This document shows, piece by piece, positions 16,498 to 19,311 of a stretch of 19,311 nt of DNA (positions are counted from its first letter, which is position 1; each line of letters begins with the position of its first letter). A program made the position numbers and the translations under genes. The DNA lies in NCBI GenBank assembly GCA_046757165.1, contig JBHHXT010000085.1, positions 1-19,311 on the forward strand, given 5' to 3'. The notes beneath the pieces are model-generated. The model was not told the DNA's origin, ran no database searches, and was given only the letters and a program-made list of their open reading frames with translations. The DNA is from a bacterium. GTDB lineage: Bacteria; Zhuqueibacterota; Zhuqueibacteria; Oceanimicrobiales; Oceanimicrobiaceae.

Positions 16498-18222
16498 ATG
16501 TTGGCGGCCGTTACCAAGTTTGTCACAAGATTGAAACAAAGTCCCGCGAAGGTTACGCCTTTTGGCCAGGCGTGCATTCTTTCCCTCTTTCTGCACGTCA
16601 GCCTGCTCTTTGTTCTGGCCCTTCTCTGGAATCTCTTCCTGGCCACTAATCTCTATCACGATCCGCTGGTGTTTGATTTTGTTTTCGCACCAATCGAGGA
16701 GTATGAGAATTCGGACCTACAAGCTCGCAGCTTGATCCCAGGGGACAAGGCTGCCAGGCCACCCGCGAAGGACCATCTTTCCAGGAATGTCCCCCGGACC
16801 TCACCGCAGAAGGCGGGCATGGAGCCGGCCCCTCAATCAAAGCAGACACGCGAGGTTTTACCAAAAGAAGAAAGAGTCAGCACACGGCGCATGTTGACGA
16901 AGGAGGTGGCCAGTGCTTTCGAGCCGGCTCGCGATCGGATGCAGACGCTGAGCGAGGCGACCACGGAGGCGACCTCTGTGCCTGAGGTGGAGCAAACACG
17001 ACCCGACGCCCCCTACGTCATTCATGCCATCAAGCCCACAGCTTTGAGCGTGCCCCTGGCAGGCGTTGTGCGCTCAAAGCCTATTCCTGCCAAAATCGCG
17101 ATGACCCGGAAGCAGGTCAGGATGCTGCGCAAGAAATTCAAGAAGTGGACTGAAAACTTTCAGAAAATGGATTTGTCCAACTCGACTCTGAGCTGGCGGC
17201 ACAAAGGCAAAGTTTATACCGCCCGGTTTCAGCACCGCCCGCCGATATCCAGTGTCGACATCGACGAAGTCGTGGTGGAGATAGAAACCGAAGAGCAGGG
17301 TCTGGCGCTCAGCACCCGGGTGCAGATGCGGCGGCTGGCGTTCTCCAACTTCGCGCAGTTCGTGGATTATTGGGATCCGTGGGTGGCCGTGCACGACGAT
17401 GTGTTGGAGGGTCGCTTTCACGCTAATTCGAAGATCAATATCCTGGAAAGCCGGGGCGTGAAACCGAAATTTCACGGCAAGGTGACGACGGCGTCATTCG
17501 ATGTCAACACAACCGGAAACAGGCCGTTTTTTGATGACACCTCCGTTTTTCTCGGCGGGCTTGAAACGGGCGTGAAAGCCATCGCTCTGCCGCGCAGTTT
17601 TGCGCCATTCCTGAACGATTCCACCGTCGCTGCCGACCACATGCACACCTTTCAGAGCGAGGTGCAGGTCACCTTTCACGTTGACGGCTCATATACGTGG
17701 AAAGCGCTGGATACGATGGAAGCGCAGCAGCGGCGTACGTTGCCCGAAGATGCTTATTACATCATTGGTAACAAGAAGAAAAAACTGCACGTCAAGGGTG
17801 TCGTGAAAGGCAGAGTGCTGGTTTATTCGCCGGGAAAAATCATCATCGACGATGATCTGACCTATGCCCGCCATCCCGAGGTGTCGAACGTCGCAGATGA
17901 CTATCTGGGGCTCGTGAGCGAAAAGGACGTCGAAATTGCCCACCCGTCTGTCACCGGGCCGGGAGATTTGCACATCTACGCCTCGATTTATGCCAAACGG
18001 CGATTCATCGTGCGCCACCTCAGAGGCAGCGGCGACGATACGCTTTACATCTATGGCAGTTTGACCGCCGGCTCCCTGTCAGCGACCGAGCCCCGGTACG
18101 CCACGCGTGTGCGGTTTGATAAACGACTACAAAAGGTGCGCCCCCCTAGCTTCCCGCTGACCGACAGATATGAAATATCAAACTGGGATGGCAAGTGGAA
18201 GGTGAAAGGGAACCAAAACTGA
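16498..18222 (+). CDS. Membrane-anchored protein: TonB/TolA-like N-terminal helix, Pro/charged linker, PilX/DUF4900-like C-terminal domain, up to 574 aa
   Basis: TM ILSLFLHVSLLFVLALLW. C-terminal motifs GRFHANS, GVVKGRVLVYS, IIIDDDLTY, DYLGLVSEKDVEI, IYASIYA, LYIYGSL, FDKRL...PPSFP. Start codon uncertain (no clear SD). Confidence 0.8.
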   Translation: MLAAVTKFVTRLKQSPAKVTPFGQACILSLFLHVSLLFVLALLWNLFLATNLYHDPLVFDFVFAPIEEYENSDLQARSLIPGDKAARPPAKDHLSRNVPRTSPQKAGMEPAPQSKQTREVLPKEERVSTRRMLTKEVASAFEPARDRMQTLSEATTEATSVPEVEQTRPDAPYVIHAIKPTALSVPLAGVVRSKPIPAKIAMTRKQVRMLRKKFKKWTENFQKMDLSNSTLSWRHKGKVYTARFQHRPPISSVDIDEVVVEIETEEQGLALSTRVQMRRLAFSNFAQFVDYWDPWVAVHDDVLEGRFHANSKINILESRGVKPKFHGKVTTASFDVNTTGNRPFFDDTSVFLGGLETGVKAIALPRSFAPFLNDSTVAADHMHTFQSEVQVTFHVDGSYTWKALDTMEAQQRRTLPEDAYYIIGNKKKKLHVKGVVKGRVLVYSPGKIIIDDDLTYARHPEVSNVADDYLGLVSEKDVEIAHPSVTGPGDLHIYASIYAKRRFIVRHLRGSGDDTLYIYGSLTAGSLSATEPRYATRVRFDKRLQKVRPPSFPLTDRYEISNWDGKWKVKGNQN

Positions 18223-18224
18223 GA

Positions 18225-18620
18225 ATGACAGATATCGCAACGCTGCTCCATGAGCCGGACACGACGATTGCCCTGGTTGGCGCGACGGATAGTCCGGCCA
18301 AATACGGCCATGTGATTTTTCGCGATTTGGTGCGCAAGGGATTTGCCGTCTTTCCGGTCAATCCGAACAGAAAAACCGTTGCCGGCGTCCGCGCCTACAA
18401 GACGGTTGCGGACCTTCCGCAAGCGCCGACTATCGTGAATTTTGTCGTCCCGCCACCTGTCACTCTGCAAGTTCTCGGGCAGTGCCTCGATCTGGGTCTG
18501 ATGAACGTCTGGGTTCAGCCTGGTGCGGAAAGCCCGCCCGTCATGGTTTTCTTGCAGGAGAATGGGTTCAACTATCTGGCCAACGCCTGTATCATGGTCG
18601 AGAGTCGTTTGACACCGTGA
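18225..18620 (+). CDS. CoA-binding protein (CoA_binding_2, YccU-like), 131 aa
   Basis: TIALVGATDSPAKYG, VFPVNP, GVRAYKTVADLP, VWVQPGAE, ACIMVE. ATG lies 2 nt after the upstream stop. Confidence 0.92.
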   Translation: MTDIATLLHEPDTTIALVGATDSPAKYGHVIFRDLVRKGFAVFPVNPNRKTVAGVRAYKTVADLPQAPTIVNFVVPPPVTLQVLGQCLDLGLMNVWVQPGAESPPVMVFLQENGFNYLANACIMVESRLTP

Positions 18621-18649
18621 TTTTGTCCCCGTCAGGCTCAAATTAGCAA

Positions 18650-18678
18650 TTGCCTTTATTCTTTCTGTTCCTTATATT
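18650..18678 (+). promoter_or_regulatory. Sigma70 promoter candidate for the ferredoxin gene
   Basis: TTGCCT-17 bp-TATATT in an AT-rich intergenic stretch. Confidence 0.5.
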
Positions 18679-18779
18679 ATGTTCACAATTCACGCCAACG
18701 AGTTTCGGTCTTGATGACCGATAACGAGGTACAGGATACACGAAAACCAGCGATCACTAACAACGTGGAGAGTGAGTTG

Positions 18780-19184
18780 ATGCCTTTTCTCGAACCGAAA
18801 TATCAGAAAGCCGCAGAGCTAAGAGTCAAGAGACGTCCGAAACAACTTGCCGTGATCGATCAAGGGGGGTGCACGGGCTGCATGGTCTGCGTCGACTTCT
18901 GTCCGGTAGACTGTATCGAAGTGGTCCCGGGGCCGGACCCGGATAACCCGACGGTGCACAAGGTCGTTGAGGTTGATTTGCCGCGCTGCATCGGCTGTAC
19001 GTTGTGCTCAAAATATTGCCCGTGGGAGACCATCGAAATGTTCTCCTTCGATGATGCCTACGCCATCTCCTCTGAATGGACGCTGCGGGGCATCGTTGAA
19101 CAGCAATGGGAGCGCGAGCCGGTTCAGGAGGAGGAAGTGCGACCGAAGAGGCGGGATCGGGAAAGAAAGGCTGTCGCAAGTTAG
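18780..19184 (+). CDS. 2x[4Fe-4S] dicluster ferredoxin-domain protein, about 134 aa
   Basis: CTGCMVCVDFCP and CIGCTLCSKYCP (two CxxCxxCxxxCP motifs). ATG 18780 preceded by GGAGAG; alternative ATG 18714. Confidence 0.92.
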   Translation: MPFLEPKYQKAAELRVKRRPKQLAVIDQGGCTGCMVCVDFCPVDCIEVVPGPDPDNPTVHKVVEVDLPRCIGCTLCSKYCPWETIEMFSFDDAYAISSEWTLRGIVEQQWEREPVQEEEVRPKRRDRERKAVAS

Positions 19185-19276
19185 AGATTTTGCCACCCTT
19201 TGAGAATCACAAAAGTCCCGGCGGGATGCCCACACTTTTTTTTTCGAATTTCGAGTTTAGGCGCTTGGCGCCAGAC

Positions 19277-19305
19277 ATCGACAAAGTGTTGTCGATAATT
19301 TTTTT
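19277..19305 (+). terminator. Terminator-like hairpin
   Basis: ATCGACAA-agtg-TTGTCGAT perfect 8-bp stem followed by AA and T7. Confidence 0.5.
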
Positions 19306-19311
19306 GGGTCG

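Overview
Bacterial chromosomal window with GC-rich coding regions and AT-richer intergenic regions. The gene content suggests a diderm organism, possibly an FCB-group or candidate-phylum lineage (inference only). In order: (-) oligoendopeptidase F; a divergent control region; (+) a small membrane protein, a repeat/hairpin insert and clpB; (+) a 1208-aa protein with the architecture signal peptide / 14 WD40 repeats / one TM helix / STAND-like P-loop ATPase with a Lys-to-Arg Walker A; a 620-bp structured intergenic region; (-) a DUF4160/DUF2442 putative toxin-antitoxin pair with a clear promoter and operator-like repeat; (+) two exported DUF3857/transglutaminase-like paralogues, one lacking the catalytic Cys; a sigma54-type promoter and long-hairpin leader before an orphan helical protein; (+) a protein with a TonB-like anchor and PilX/DUF4900-like C-terminal domain; a CoA-binding protein; and a 2x[4Fe-4S] ferredoxin. 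I found no CRISPR array, tRNA/rRNA, transposase or integrase. The strongest novelty candidate is the receptor-like transmembrane WD40-STAND protein. All family assignments come from motif recognition by eye, not database searches.
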